From an uncultured cyanobacterium (GTDB lineage Bacteria; Cyanobacteriota; Cyanobacteriia; Cyanobacteriales; Cyanobacteriaceae), in contig CAVQBA010000004.1 of NCBI GenBank assembly GCA_963710605.1, forward strand, positions 1,358,035 to 1,422,034: a DNA stretch of 64,000 nt, read 5' to 3'. A program made the position numbers and the translations under genes. Below the pieces are notes generated by a model. That model did no database searches. It was not told where the DNA came from and saw only the letters and a list, made by a program, of their open reading frames with translations. Every line of letters begins with the position of its first letter. Position 1 is the stretch's first letter. Shown here piece after piece: positions 9,188 through 18,916 of the stretch.

Positions 9188-11470
9188 TTATTGAACAAGC
9201 ATTTTTAAAACAGGGCAAGGTTTTTTATCATCTCTGAGTAAAGATTCATTTTTATAATCAGCGAAGAAACTCCATCGCCAAGGAGCTTTTTTTGCCGCTG
9301 ACATCCATAATAACTTTTTCGCTCTAGTCATAGCTACATATAATAGTCGATATTCTTCCGCTTGTTTATTTTCACTCGCTATCAAAGATGCTGAGGTGAC
9401 GCTGAGTAATTCAAATTGATCATTGTTTTGCTCGTACTGTTGATGAAGAGCATTTCTAATTTGAGTCCGAATTATATCGGCAAAATTATTTTCACCTAAA
9501 AACTTACGGCTTTGAGGCACATATGGTGTACTGTCCCCGGGTAAAACATCTTCATGCAAAAATGGTAAAAAAACATAATCCCACTCTAAACCCTTAGCTT
9601 TGTGCATTGTCATGATTGTTACTTGCCCTGACAATGTATAAGCGTCTTCATTTTCAGTTTCAACTCCTGTAAATTTTTCTTCAGTGATAATTTGTTGTAA
9701 GGTACTGATAATATTTACGATCGAATATTGACCATTAATCTGTTTTTGAATCCTTTCACTAAGTTTTTGAGCCGTGGCTAATTCTGATTCTTGATATTTT
9801 AAAACTTGAGCAAAAAAAGTAATTAGATGATAAGCAGGTAATTCAAAACGAGCGTTGATTAGCTGTAAACAATATTCTTGTGCTTGTTTAACATAGTCTG
9901 GTTGCTCTGATTCTAAAACGCTGGGGTAGAGAAATTTTTCAGGGTAAATACTTAAGGCGTTGACATCTTGAGCTGTAATTAATTCTTTAGCTTGTAAAGT
10001 TTGTAAAGCATTTTTCAGATATTGAGGTGAGTGTGGTTGATAGATAAATTGCAACAAAGACAATATCTGTTGGGGTAAATGACGATGATTATGAGATTCG
10101 TTGACTAATTTGAGGTTAATACCATACTCTAGCTTTAAATGCTCTAAATATTGATAAACAAATGTTCCTTGTTTATTTTCTCTGACTAAAATCGCAAAAT
10201 TAGCTTGAGGGTTAGTTAAATGCAAATCAAGAATTCTATTACTAATAAGGGTGGTAGTTTGATAAATATCGGAGGGAAAATAAATTTCGACTCCTTCACC
10301 TTCAGGTTGTGGATTCACCTCAACTTCATTATCAATGGGGCTAATTGGTTCAATAAATTGTGTTGTAAAAGGAGGATTAATCGATAAATGAGGGGCTATT
10401 TGTTGATTAACCCAAAGGAGAGTTTGATTTGCTGTGGTGATGATATTAGGAGTGCTTCTCCTTGCCTGAGTCATGGTTTGATATTGTTTATTTTTAGCAC
10501 AAAGTTGAGTAAATTGCTGAAAATAAAGGGGATCTGAAGCGGTAAAAGTTGAATTAATTGCTTGGTTGGGATCGCCTACCCTAACTAGGTTTGGCTCTGG
10601 TTGCCCCGATTTAGTGGCGAGTATTTCTAATAATTTTCCTTGTAATAAAGAAGAGTCTTGTGCTTCGTCTTCAAAAACAGCAAAGGTTTCTGATTGCCAT
10701 AACAGACGAACTTCTTCATTTTCTAGCACTTTTAAGCCGCCTAAAATTAAATCGTCATAATCAATTAAGTTACGAGTTTTCATTAGTTTTTGGTATTCTT
10801 GATACAACCCAGCGGCAATTTGTAGTAAGGGATAATCTGCTTGTGGCGATCGTTTTGCTAGATTTTCAATCTCATTGACACTCAGACAAGAACTTTTAGC
10901 TACACTAATAACTTGATAGGCAAGATTTGGTAAAACTTCTGTGGTTAGAGCTAATTGACGGCGTAAAACTTCGCTTTGTTCGTTATCAAATTTTTGTTTA
11001 CCTTGAATTAATAAGTCAAAATAATCGGGTTGTGATTCTACCCAAAGTGCGATCGTTTCTTTAATTAAATTACTGTTAGTGTTAAGTTCGACTAAAGTAC
11101 TAGTTTCTAAATTCAACCCCGAAAATTGCGGATGACGATTGGCAATATTTAAAGCTAATCCATGAATTGTTTGCACAGTAAAACCAATAGGTGGTAAAGA
11201 TAGTTGTTTTAACCTTTGTTGAATTTTCTGTTTGATACTCGCAGTTGCTGAGCGGGTATAAGTGACAACTACTAATTGCTTTTGTGGGTGTAATTTTTCA
11301 CGGGCAATTGTGATGGCACTAGCGATCGCTAAACTATGAGATTTTCCTGCCCCCGGTACTGCTGAAATCGCCATCCGACCACTTTTCCATTGGGCTAATT
11401 CTTTTTGCCCTGGGAGTAATTGACTAATCAAATCAGTAATTTGTTGGTTGAGACAATCAGCATCATTCAT
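9188..11470 (-). CDS. UvrD/REP-family ATP-dependent helicase
   Basis: AVPGAGKS, DEAQD, VGDPNQAI, TMHKAKGLEWD, RLLYVAMTRAK. Confidence 0.95.
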   Translation of the reverse strand: MNDADCLNQQITDLISQLLPGQKELAQWKSGRMAISAVPGAGKSHSLAIASAITIAREKLHPQKQLVVVTYTRSATASIKQKIQQRLKQLSLPPIGFTVQTIHGLALNIANRHPQFSGLNLETSTLVELNTNSNLIKETIALWVESQPDYFDLLIQGKQKFDNEQSEVLRRQLALTTEVLPNLAYQVISVAKSSCLSVNEIENLAKRSPQADYPLLQIAAGLYQEYQKLMKTRNLIDYDDLILGGLKVLENEEVRLLWQSETFAVFEDEAQDSSLLQGKLLEILATKSGQPEPNLVRVGDPNQAINSTFTASDPLYFQQFTQLCAKNKQYQTMTQARRSTPNIITTANQTLLWVNQQIAPHLSINPPFTTQFIEPISPIDNEVEVNPQPEGEGVEIYFPSDIYQTTTLISNRILDLHLTNPQANFAILVRENKQGTFVYQYLEHLKLEYGINLKLVNESHNHRHLPQQILSLLQFIYQPHSPQYLKNALQTLQAKELITAQDVNALSIYPEKFLYPSVLESEQPDYVKQAQEYCLQLINARFELPAYHLITFFAQVLKYQESELATAQKLSERIQKQINGQYSIVNIISTLQQIITEEKFTGVETENEDAYTLSGQVTIMTMHKAKGLEWDYVFLPFLHEDVLPGDSTPYVPQSRKFLGENNFADIIRTQIRNALHQQYEQNNDQFELLSVTSASLIASENKQAEEYRLLYVAMTRAKKLLWMSAAKKAPWRWSFFADYKNESLLRDDKKPCPVLKMLVQ

Positions 11471-11471
11471 G

Positions 11472-11661
11472 AATTGATAATTGATAATTGATAATTAATA
11501 ATTAAATATAGTTATTGATAGTTGGCTTTTAGGTTTTAGGTTTTAAGTTATTCCTTGAATAGAGAATGCTTGAGTGAGAGAATGGAAAATGTAGGAGTAA
11601 CATAATAGAGAATAGCTAACAGCTAAAAATAACAACTTTTAACTTTTAACTTTTAACTTTT
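11472..11661. repeat. Heptameric tandem repeats (STRR-like)
   Basis: (AATTGAT)3 plus variants at 11472-11505; (AACTTTT)4 at 11634-11661. Confidence 0.8.
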
Positions 11662-11684
11662 AACTGCTAAGGCTTTTAACTAAT

Positions 11685-12152
11685 TTAATTCCACAATACT
11701 CGAACTAAACGTACAGCTAACCAAACTAATAAAGCATAAACACCAATAGCAACAATAGTCGTAATTTCAAAAACGGCAGTTTCATTAATTTGAGGATTAT
11801 TAAACAAATCAGTAAAAGGATTAACAAAAACAGCAGATAGGTCTAAAATGAAACTGGCAACAATATTATCAGGATTGGCTCCTAAGATACGTAAAAGAAA
11901 GCGTAATGATAACAAAATCATTAATGCTCCACCTAGATAATAAATTGTCTGTATCACACGAGAAATTTTTTCTTGATGCTGAGCTTTAGCTAATCTTTTT
12001 TCTTCTTGCTCTAAACGTAACAATTCGTTTTGTTCATTTTTTCTTTGTTTCTGTAATCTTTGTTGCTCTATATCTTCACGTGTTTGATCAGAATTACTGC
12101 GATATTCACGATCGAGATTATCTTTATCATTCGGATTATAAGGATTTGTCAT
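11685..12152 (-). CDS. YggT-family membrane protein with N-terminal coiled coil
   Basis: LRFLLRILGANP.N...FI..LS..FV.PF..LF pattern. Confidence 0.75.
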   Translation of the reverse strand: MTNPYNPNDKDNLDREYRSNSDQTREDIEQQRLQKQRKNEQNELLRLEQEEKRLAKAQHQEKISRVIQTIYYLGGALMILLSLRFLLRILGANPDNIVASFILDLSAVFVNPFTDLFNNPQINETAVFEITTIVAIGVYALLVWLAVRLVRVLWN

Positions 12153-12272
12153 CGGTTTTAATTGACTTTATTTCAAGTTTAAAATTAATCTATAGTTTAT
12201 ATCCTAATTTATTATTCATTCTCAATTATTAACTTTTTACTCGTATATTTGTACTAATTATATCGTAAAATT

Positions 12273-12587
12273 ATGGAATCGATCGTTGACTTAATTATGA
12301 CGAAAGAGAATTTGTTTGCTATTTCTCTTTTTCCCTATCTGGGATTTTTATGGTTTTTAACCAATTCTAAAAAAGCACCAAAATTAGCTGTAATTGGCTT
12401 TTACGTTTTACTCTTATTTGTCGGTATCACTATCCCCGCAGGGCTTTACGCTGAAAAACATTATGGTACAAGTTTAGCTAATGTAGATTGGTTACACGGA
12501 GGGGCAGAATTTTTCCTCACTTTATCAAATATCTTAGTTGTCTTAGGATTTCGTCAGGTAGTTATGGCTAAAGAAAAAGGCGAGTAG
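12273..12587 (+). CDS. DUF3593-family membrane protein
   Basis: LFAISLFPYLGFLWFL...LANVDWLHGGAEFFLTLSN. Confidence 0.8.
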   Translation: MESIVDLIMTKENLFAISLFPYLGFLWFLTNSKKAPKLAVIGFYVLLLFVGITIPAGLYAEKHYGTSLANVDWLHGGAEFFLTLSNILVVLGFRQVVMAKEKGE

Positions 12588-12773
12588 TAAAGCAGATACA
12601 GCGAACAATGATTAATTATCAACTATTTAAATTCGTAATTGATTATTACTTAATTTTTAATTGTTAATCATTAAGTAGTACTATATAATACTTAGGAATT
12701 TAGTTTTGCTGATGTAAATAAACTAAAATAAGATCATAACTGTGGACTAATTCTTTATCTCAAAGACTAATTT

Positions 12774-13334
12774 ATGAATATAGAAAAAATTGTTGATCAG
12801 GCATTACATGCTGGTTATTTAACCCCGTCAATGGAAGCAGAAGTAGCTAGATTATGTGAAGCAACGAGCGAACTTTCACCAGAAGAATATAAAGCCTTAG
12901 ATAAATTAATGGGTGCTTTATTAACAGGGGAAATAGTTGCCACACCTAAAAAACAATTTATTAATGTGATGGAAGAATTAGTTCTCGCTGAAGTGATTTC
13001 TCGTGTTGCTGAAATCGAAACAAGCAGTTATTCTTTACTAGATGTAGGAGATATCGCTGCCTACGCACTCAATCGCTTACCTCCTTTATATGCTACAACC
13101 GAAGAAGGAGCTAATTTTCAGAAACAAAAGGCAAAAGAAGAATTACAAAGTCTAATTAATAAACAAGTAAATTCAGCAGTATCTTTGTATCTCGATCGAC
13201 CTGATTTTTATCCTGAAAGACAAGCAATTAGCAAATCTGATGTTAATCATAATGTTTTTGAGCAAGTAAACAGACTCTTGCAATCTCAAGCAACTCTTTT
13301 TGAAGGCGAAAACGAATCAATATCAAACGACTAA
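12774..13334 (+). CDS. cdgR: ComFB-domain protein, CdgR-like cyclic dinucleotide receptor
   Basis: GYLTPSMEAEV N-domain plus ComFB motif INVMEELV...DIAAYALNRLPPLYAT; orthology recalled, not searched. Confidence 0.75.
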   Translation: MNIEKIVDQALHAGYLTPSMEAEVARLCEATSELSPEEYKALDKLMGALLTGEIVATPKKQFINVMEELVLAEVISRVAEIETSSYSLLDVGDIAAYALNRLPPLYATTEEGANFQKQKAKEELQSLINKQVNSAVSLYLDRPDFYPERQAISKSDVNHNVFEQVNRLLQSQATLFEGENESISND

Positions 13335-13427
13335 TAGTTAATTAGGAAATTAAGAAGGATAAATAACAATTAACTTTTAACTTTTATTTAATTCTTAACT
13401 TATATCTGTATTTAGGTGTGCCGAAGT

Positions 13428-13462
13428 ATTCTCAATTCTCAATTCTCAATTCTCAATTCTCA
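13428..13462. repeat. STRR-like heptamer array (ATTCTCA)5
   Basis: Five direct copies just upstream of the ATPase start codon. Confidence 0.85.
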
Positions 13463-13473
13463 ATTATTTACCT

Positions 13474-15828
13474 ATGGCTTTATTAAGTGCAAAAAAAAAG
13501 ACTACTAATAGTAAAGCAGAAGTAGTCGATTCCATTATTCTTGATATCGAAGGGATGAAATGTGCCGCCTGTGTTAATGCGGTTGAAAAACAGATTAAAA
13601 AACAAAATGGTGTAGTTACCGCTAATGTCAATCTGATTACGTGTATCGCATCAGTAGAATATCAAGCTGATTTAATTAATCCTCAAGTTTTAGCTGATAA
13701 ATTAACGACAGTTGGTTTTGACACCCAAGTTAGAAAAACTGAACAAACTTATCAACAGCAACAGCTTAAAATTCAAGCAAAAAGAATAGAGCAAGAAAAA
13801 AAACAACAATATGAATTAATCACCGCAGGTGTTTTATTATTATTTTCTAGTATCGGACATCTTCATCATTTAGGTTTTCATTATCATAATTTTTTAACTA
13901 ACATTTGGTTTCATTGGACGTTAGCCACTTTAGCCTTAATTATTCCGGGTAGAGAAATTATCCTTAATGGTTGGCAAGGTTTATGGCATCGAAAACCGAA
14001 TATGAATAGTTTAGTCGGTTTAGGAACAGTTGCCGCTTATTTGACTAGTTGTTTGGCTTTAATTAATCCTCAATTAGGTTGGGAATGCTTTTTTGATGAG
14101 CCGGTGATGTTACTCGGTTTTATTTTTTTAGGTAGAGTATTAGAAGCTAAAGCTAAAAACAAAGCAATCAATTCTTTAGAAACATTATTAAAATTACGTC
14201 CTCAATTTGCTCGTTTAGTAGGTAAAAAAAACACCTCAGAAGATGAAGGAATAAAAATTCCCGCCCTTCAAGTCAAACCAAATGAGTGGATTAGAGTTTT
14301 AGCAGGAGAGCAATTTCCTGTTGATGGTCAAATTGTGGCAGGAGAAACCACAGTTGATGAGTCTTTCTTGACAGGAGAATCTATCCCCATAATTAAAAAA
14401 ACAGAAGATAAAGTTTGTGCTGGTACAATTAATCAAGAACAAATGGTAATTGTCGAAACCACAAATTCAGGTAGCAAAACAAGATTAGGACAAATCATTG
14501 CTACAGTTGAATCAGCTCAAACTGCTCAAGCACCTGTACAAAAATTAGCTGATCTAGTTTCGGGTTACTTTGCCTATATTATTATCTCGATTTCTTTATT
14601 AACTTTGTGTTTTTGGTATTTTATCGGTACACAAATTTGGTTAGATATTATACCTACTTTAGGTACTAGTAAAATTATTCTGAGTATCAAGTTAGCGATC
14701 GATGTTTTGGTAATAGCCTGCCCTTGTGCTTTAGGTTTAGCCACACCTACTGCTATTCTTGTCGGGACTAGTTTAGGTGCAGAAAATGGTTTACTAATTA
14801 AAGGAGGAGATGTACTCGAGCAGGCGAAAAATTTAAAGACAATTGTTTTTGATAAAACAGGCACTCTTACTCAAGGTTATCCTCAAATTACGCAAATAAT
14901 TAGTTGTCAACCTCAAGTTTATTCTCCACAACAACTATTAACCATTGCCGCTAGTTTAGAAATTGTGGCACTTCATCCTCTAGCTGAAGCTATCCTCACC
15001 GAAGCTAAAAAACAAAATTTAACTCTTTATGGTACTGATAAACTTACTAATCATACAGCTCGAGGTGTTAAAGGGATTATTCCTCCTGAGAATCAATTTT
15101 TATATTTAGGTAATCAATCATGGTTAGCTGAAAATGGGATTACGATCGATTCATCAATACAAGAAAAAATAGAGGATTATACTCAGCAAGGTCAAACCGT
15201 TGTCTATCTAGCTAAAAACGATCGTCTAATCGGTTATTTTCTTTTAAACGATACCCTCCGAGAAGCGGCACTAAGTACTGTAACTGAGCTTAAAAATAGA
15301 GGTTTGAAAGTGATTATGATGAGTGGAGATAAAACTAATGTAGCAAAATATATTGCTCAAAAATTAGGTATTACTGATTATTATGGTGAAGTTAGCCCTC
15401 AAGAAAAATCAGATTTGATCAAACAAATTCAACAACAATACCCTCAGCAAATTGTCGCCATGGTTGGTGATGGAATTAATGACGCACCTGCTATGACTAC
15501 CGCAGGATTTGCTATTGCCATGCCTCAATCAGCTCAAATTGCAATTCAATCAGCCGATATTGTTCTCACACGAGGCAATCTTCAAGATTTAATCACCGCT
15601 ATTGATTTAAGTGCTGACACTTTAACTAAAATCAAACAAAATTTGTTTTGGGCATTAAGTTACAATCTAATCGCTATACCTGTAGCGGCGGGAATTTTAT
15701 TACCTAGCTTTGGTTTACTTCTTAGCCCTGCTGTTTCTGGGGCTTTTATGGCTTGTAGTTCTATTTTCGTCATTACTAATTCTTTATTCTTAAAAAGAAA
15801 AAAATATCAATCGATAATTGACAATTGA
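13474..15828 (+). CDS. ctaA: Copper-translocating P1B-type ATPase (CtaA-like)
   Basis: GMKCAAC metal-binding domain, TGES, CPC, DKTGT, GDGINDAP, YN and MxxSS motifs. Confidence 0.85.
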   Translation: MALLSAKKKTTNSKAEVVDSIILDIEGMKCAACVNAVEKQIKKQNGVVTANVNLITCIASVEYQADLINPQVLADKLTTVGFDTQVRKTEQTYQQQQLKIQAKRIEQEKKQQYELITAGVLLLFSSIGHLHHLGFHYHNFLTNIWFHWTLATLALIIPGREIILNGWQGLWHRKPNMNSLVGLGTVAAYLTSCLALINPQLGWECFFDEPVMLLGFIFLGRVLEAKAKNKAINSLETLLKLRPQFARLVGKKNTSEDEGIKIPALQVKPNEWIRVLAGEQFPVDGQIVAGETTVDESFLTGESIPIIKKTEDKVCAGTINQEQMVIVETTNSGSKTRLGQIIATVESAQTAQAPVQKLADLVSGYFAYIIISISLLTLCFWYFIGTQIWLDIIPTLGTSKIILSIKLAIDVLVIACPCALGLATPTAILVGTSLGAENGLLIKGGDVLEQAKNLKTIVFDKTGTLTQGYPQITQIISCQPQVYSPQQLLTIAASLEIVALHPLAEAILTEAKKQNLTLYGTDKLTNHTARGVKGIIPPENQFLYLGNQSWLAENGITIDSSIQEKIEDYTQQGQTVVYLAKNDRLIGYFLLNDTLREAALSTVTELKNRGLKVIMMSGDKTNVAKYIAQKLGITDYYGEVSPQEKSDLIKQIQQQYPQQIVAMVGDGINDAPAMTTAGFAIAMPQSAQIAIQSADIVLTRGNLQDLITAIDLSADTLTKIKQNLFWALSYNLIAIPVAAGILLPSFGLLLSPAVSGAFMACSSIFVITNSLFLKRKKYQSIIDN

Positions 15829-15906
15829 TAATTGACAATTGACAATTAAGAATTTAACTCTTGCCTCTTGCCTCTTTTTACTCATTACTCATTACTTATT
15901 ACTCAT
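15816..15906. repeat. Mixed heptamer repeats, overlapping the ATPase stop codon
   Basis: (AATTGAC/T)4, (CTCTTGC)2+, (TACTCAT)~4. Confidence 0.75.
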
Positions 15907-16049
15907 ACGTACGTACTTTATCAAAACAAAATAAAAATTGTATAATAACTAATGTATCTTGTAATAAAAATAACAAATACTTAGAAGATAATAATTCCAA
16001 TTAATTGATCAACAATTAATCAAACTAAAATTCTTAGTGAAACAGACTC

Positions 16050-16505
16050 ATGACTACACTTCTAACAATGAAAAAAAATCTTGTCCAACCCCATAAAGCC
16101 CACATTATAATCGTGGAAGATGATAAAGGTAAAAGAGAGATTTTATTGCGTAAAAGTGTTTATACGATCGGTCGTTCACAACAATGTAATATTAAGATTA
16201 ATTCAGCGTTCGTCTCCCGTTATCACGCAACTATCTTAAGAGAATTTGATTCTCAAGGCTATGTTAATTACAAAATTGTCGATGGAGATGGGCAAGCAAA
16301 GTTTAGTGTTAATGGGATTTTAGTTAATGGTAAAAAAGTAGCTAATCAGCTTTTAAAACACGGAGATAAAGTTGTTTTTGGACCACAAGTATCGATCGTT
16401 TATCAGCATTGTCAAAGAGATATATTCCCTTCTTTACCGCCAGATGATCCTTTTGATATTACTTTGATTGATCCTGCTATGATGATTGGGGAATTAGATG
16501 ATTAA
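16050..16505 (+). CDS. Stand-alone FHA-domain protein
   Basis: IGRS...VSRYHA...SVNG...LKHGD FHA signature. Confidence 0.9.
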   Translation: MTTLLTMKKNLVQPHKAHIIIVEDDKGKREILLRKSVYTIGRSQQCNIKINSAFVSRYHATILREFDSQGYVNYKIVDGDGQAKFSVNGILVNGKKVANQLLKHGDKVVFGPQVSIVYQHCQRDIFPSLPPDDPFDITLIDPAMMIGELDD

Positions 16506-16649
16506 AAAAATACGTAGCATTCTATTTGTCAACTGGGGATAAAGTTTTTACTAAACTTAGATAAAATACCCGAAAATAATTATGTTACGATGTAAGCGAT
16601 TAGTTATAATTCCAAAAAGCTAGAACAAATTATCTTTAGATTAATCTCT

Positions 16650-17829
16650 ATGATCGCATCGTCAGACATTATTGCAAGTATTGCCGATGATTTAAATCGT
16701 TTACAAGAAAAAAAAAGAGCCAAAAAATTAGTTTTTTATATTAGTCAGAGATACTGGGAGTCTGATTACTCTTTTGTTGAGAGTCATTCGTTTGAATCAT
16801 TACTTAATAACATACATCAAACCAATCCGACTTTAGAAGATTTAAAAGCACTACTTTATCAAGCAGTTAATACTCTCAACAACAAAACTGTTTATACTAA
16901 AATTGCTCAATATATTTTCAAGCGGATGTCACCGTTGTATGTAGAAGTGGCTGAAGATAATCAAGGTCAAGGTAATGAATTAGAAACACAAATAATCGAT
17001 CGTATTAGTGAAAATATACAATACCACGAAGAAGCATCGAGAATTAAAAAACTAATTTTTGCCGCTTGCAAACAATATTGGGAAAATGACAGTGATGTTA
17101 TTGAAATGTATGATTTTAAGGAATTACTTTTAGAATTGTATGAGCTATATCCTAATCAGAAAAGATTGAAAAAAGCCTTATACAAAATAGTTGCAAGTAT
17201 CAATCGTCAAAATTTTTATTCTTTTATCGCCGATGCAATTATTAATGAGTTAACTTATCTTTATAATCATGAAGTTAGAGAAATTCGAGCAGAAGAAGAT
17301 AGCACTGCATTGATTAGAGCGAAAAGAAGAAAAAGCCCGATTTTAGATACAGATGAATCTACCTCAATTAGAATTAATACCCAAAACCAGCAGGTTGATT
17401 TAGACGAAGATGATACACAAATTAGTATTAGCGAAGCAGGAGAAGAAAGTTTATCGATCAAGTTAGGTACAGATGTTATGCCTAGTACTGTACCTGAAGG
17501 ACAAGTTATACCTTGGTTAAAAGTTGATAGTTTGTTTGACTTAAAGCAAGAGATAATGCAATATACTAATCCTTTAAAAGCTAAAATTATCTTGTTTTAT
17601 ACTGTTTATCAAATTGATCCTTATGAACAACATTGGGCTGTAGTTAGAACTTGTAGTTTAGATGATCTACTAATTAAACTTTTTCAACAATATGGCAAAA
17701 ATATAGAAACGATTCGAAACTGAGCTATCTAAAATAGCTAATTATCAAATAGAAACTTTAGAAATAGAAGAAAACGCTCAAGTTGTTAGTGCTTTAACTG
17801 AGAGTATTAAACGTTTTTACAAAAAATAA
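16650..17829 (+). CDS. Hypothetical protein with repeated helical domain and acidic linker, frameshifted near 17713
   Basis: Repeats RAKKLVFYISQRYWESD and RIKKLIFAACKQYWEND; another frame continues ETELSKIANY...KRFYKK to TAA at 17829. Confidence 0.7.
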
Positions 17830-17845
17830 ATCAATCTTTAAATAT

Positions 17846-18854
17846 TTGGCTCAAGATAAAATGGAAATTAATCAATTTATAGAAGAGTTTAATTCTGGGA
17901 AAGTTGATTTTACCCGAATAATGTTACCCGGAATCGATTTGACAGGAACTGATTTAATTGGTGTTATATTTAGTGAAGCTAATTTACAAAAAGCTAACTT
18001 AACTTTTTGTTATTTAAATCGTGCCAAATTCGATCGAGCTAATCTAGTCGAAACAGATTTTAGTGGTACAAATCTTAACCAAGCTAGTTTTTGTAATGCC
18101 AACTTACATCGTTGTGACTTTCATGGTGCAATGTTACAAAGAAGTGATTTAAGAGGTGTTGATTTGACTTTAGCAAATTTATTAGATGCTAATTTGATCG
18201 AAGTTGATTTGCGTTATGCTGATTCTTAGTAATGCTAATTTGAAAGGCTCTTGTTTAAGAGGTGCAAATATGCGTCGTGAAAAACGTTCTAAACCAACTA
18301 GCCTAAAAGGTACTAATTTAGACAAAGCAGATTTAAGAAATGCCGATCTTCAAGGTGCTGATTTAAGAGGGGCTAGTTTAGTCGGTGCTAATTTAGTTGA
18401 AGCAAATTTGCGTGGTGCTGATTTGACGGGTTCGGATTTGACTCAAGCCAATCTTAAAAATTCTTTTCTCACTGAAGTTCAATGTCAAGGTGCTAAATTT
18501 ATTGGTGCTAATTTAGCAAATGCTAGGCTAGAAAGAACTATATTAACTGATGCTGATTTGACTCAAGCAAATTTAGAAAGTGCGACAATGCCTGATGCTA
18601 ATTTAATTAGGGCTAATTTAATTCAAGCCAATCTTTCTTTTGCTCGTCTTAATCGTGCGGATTTAACCCGTGCTAATCTTTACGGAGCAATTATGCGTAA
18701 TACTTCTTTGTTAGAGGTATTTTTTGCTCGGACTAATTTAACTTCGGCTGATTTAACTAATGCTAATTTAATTGGTGCTGACTTAACTAGTGCTAATCTG
18801 AGTAATGTTAATTTTGAAGGGGCGATTATGCCTGATGGGCAAGTTTATCACTAA
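17846..18854 (+). CDS. Pentapeptide-repeat protein, split by one frameshift near 18223
   Basis: Continuous A(D/N)Lxx repeats across both ORFs; ends GAIMPDG. Confidence 0.9.
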
Positions 18855-18916
18855 ATTCATCTGAGGATTAAATAGAGATTATCAAAGATAAAAGATGAAG
18901 GAGTAACTATTAACTA

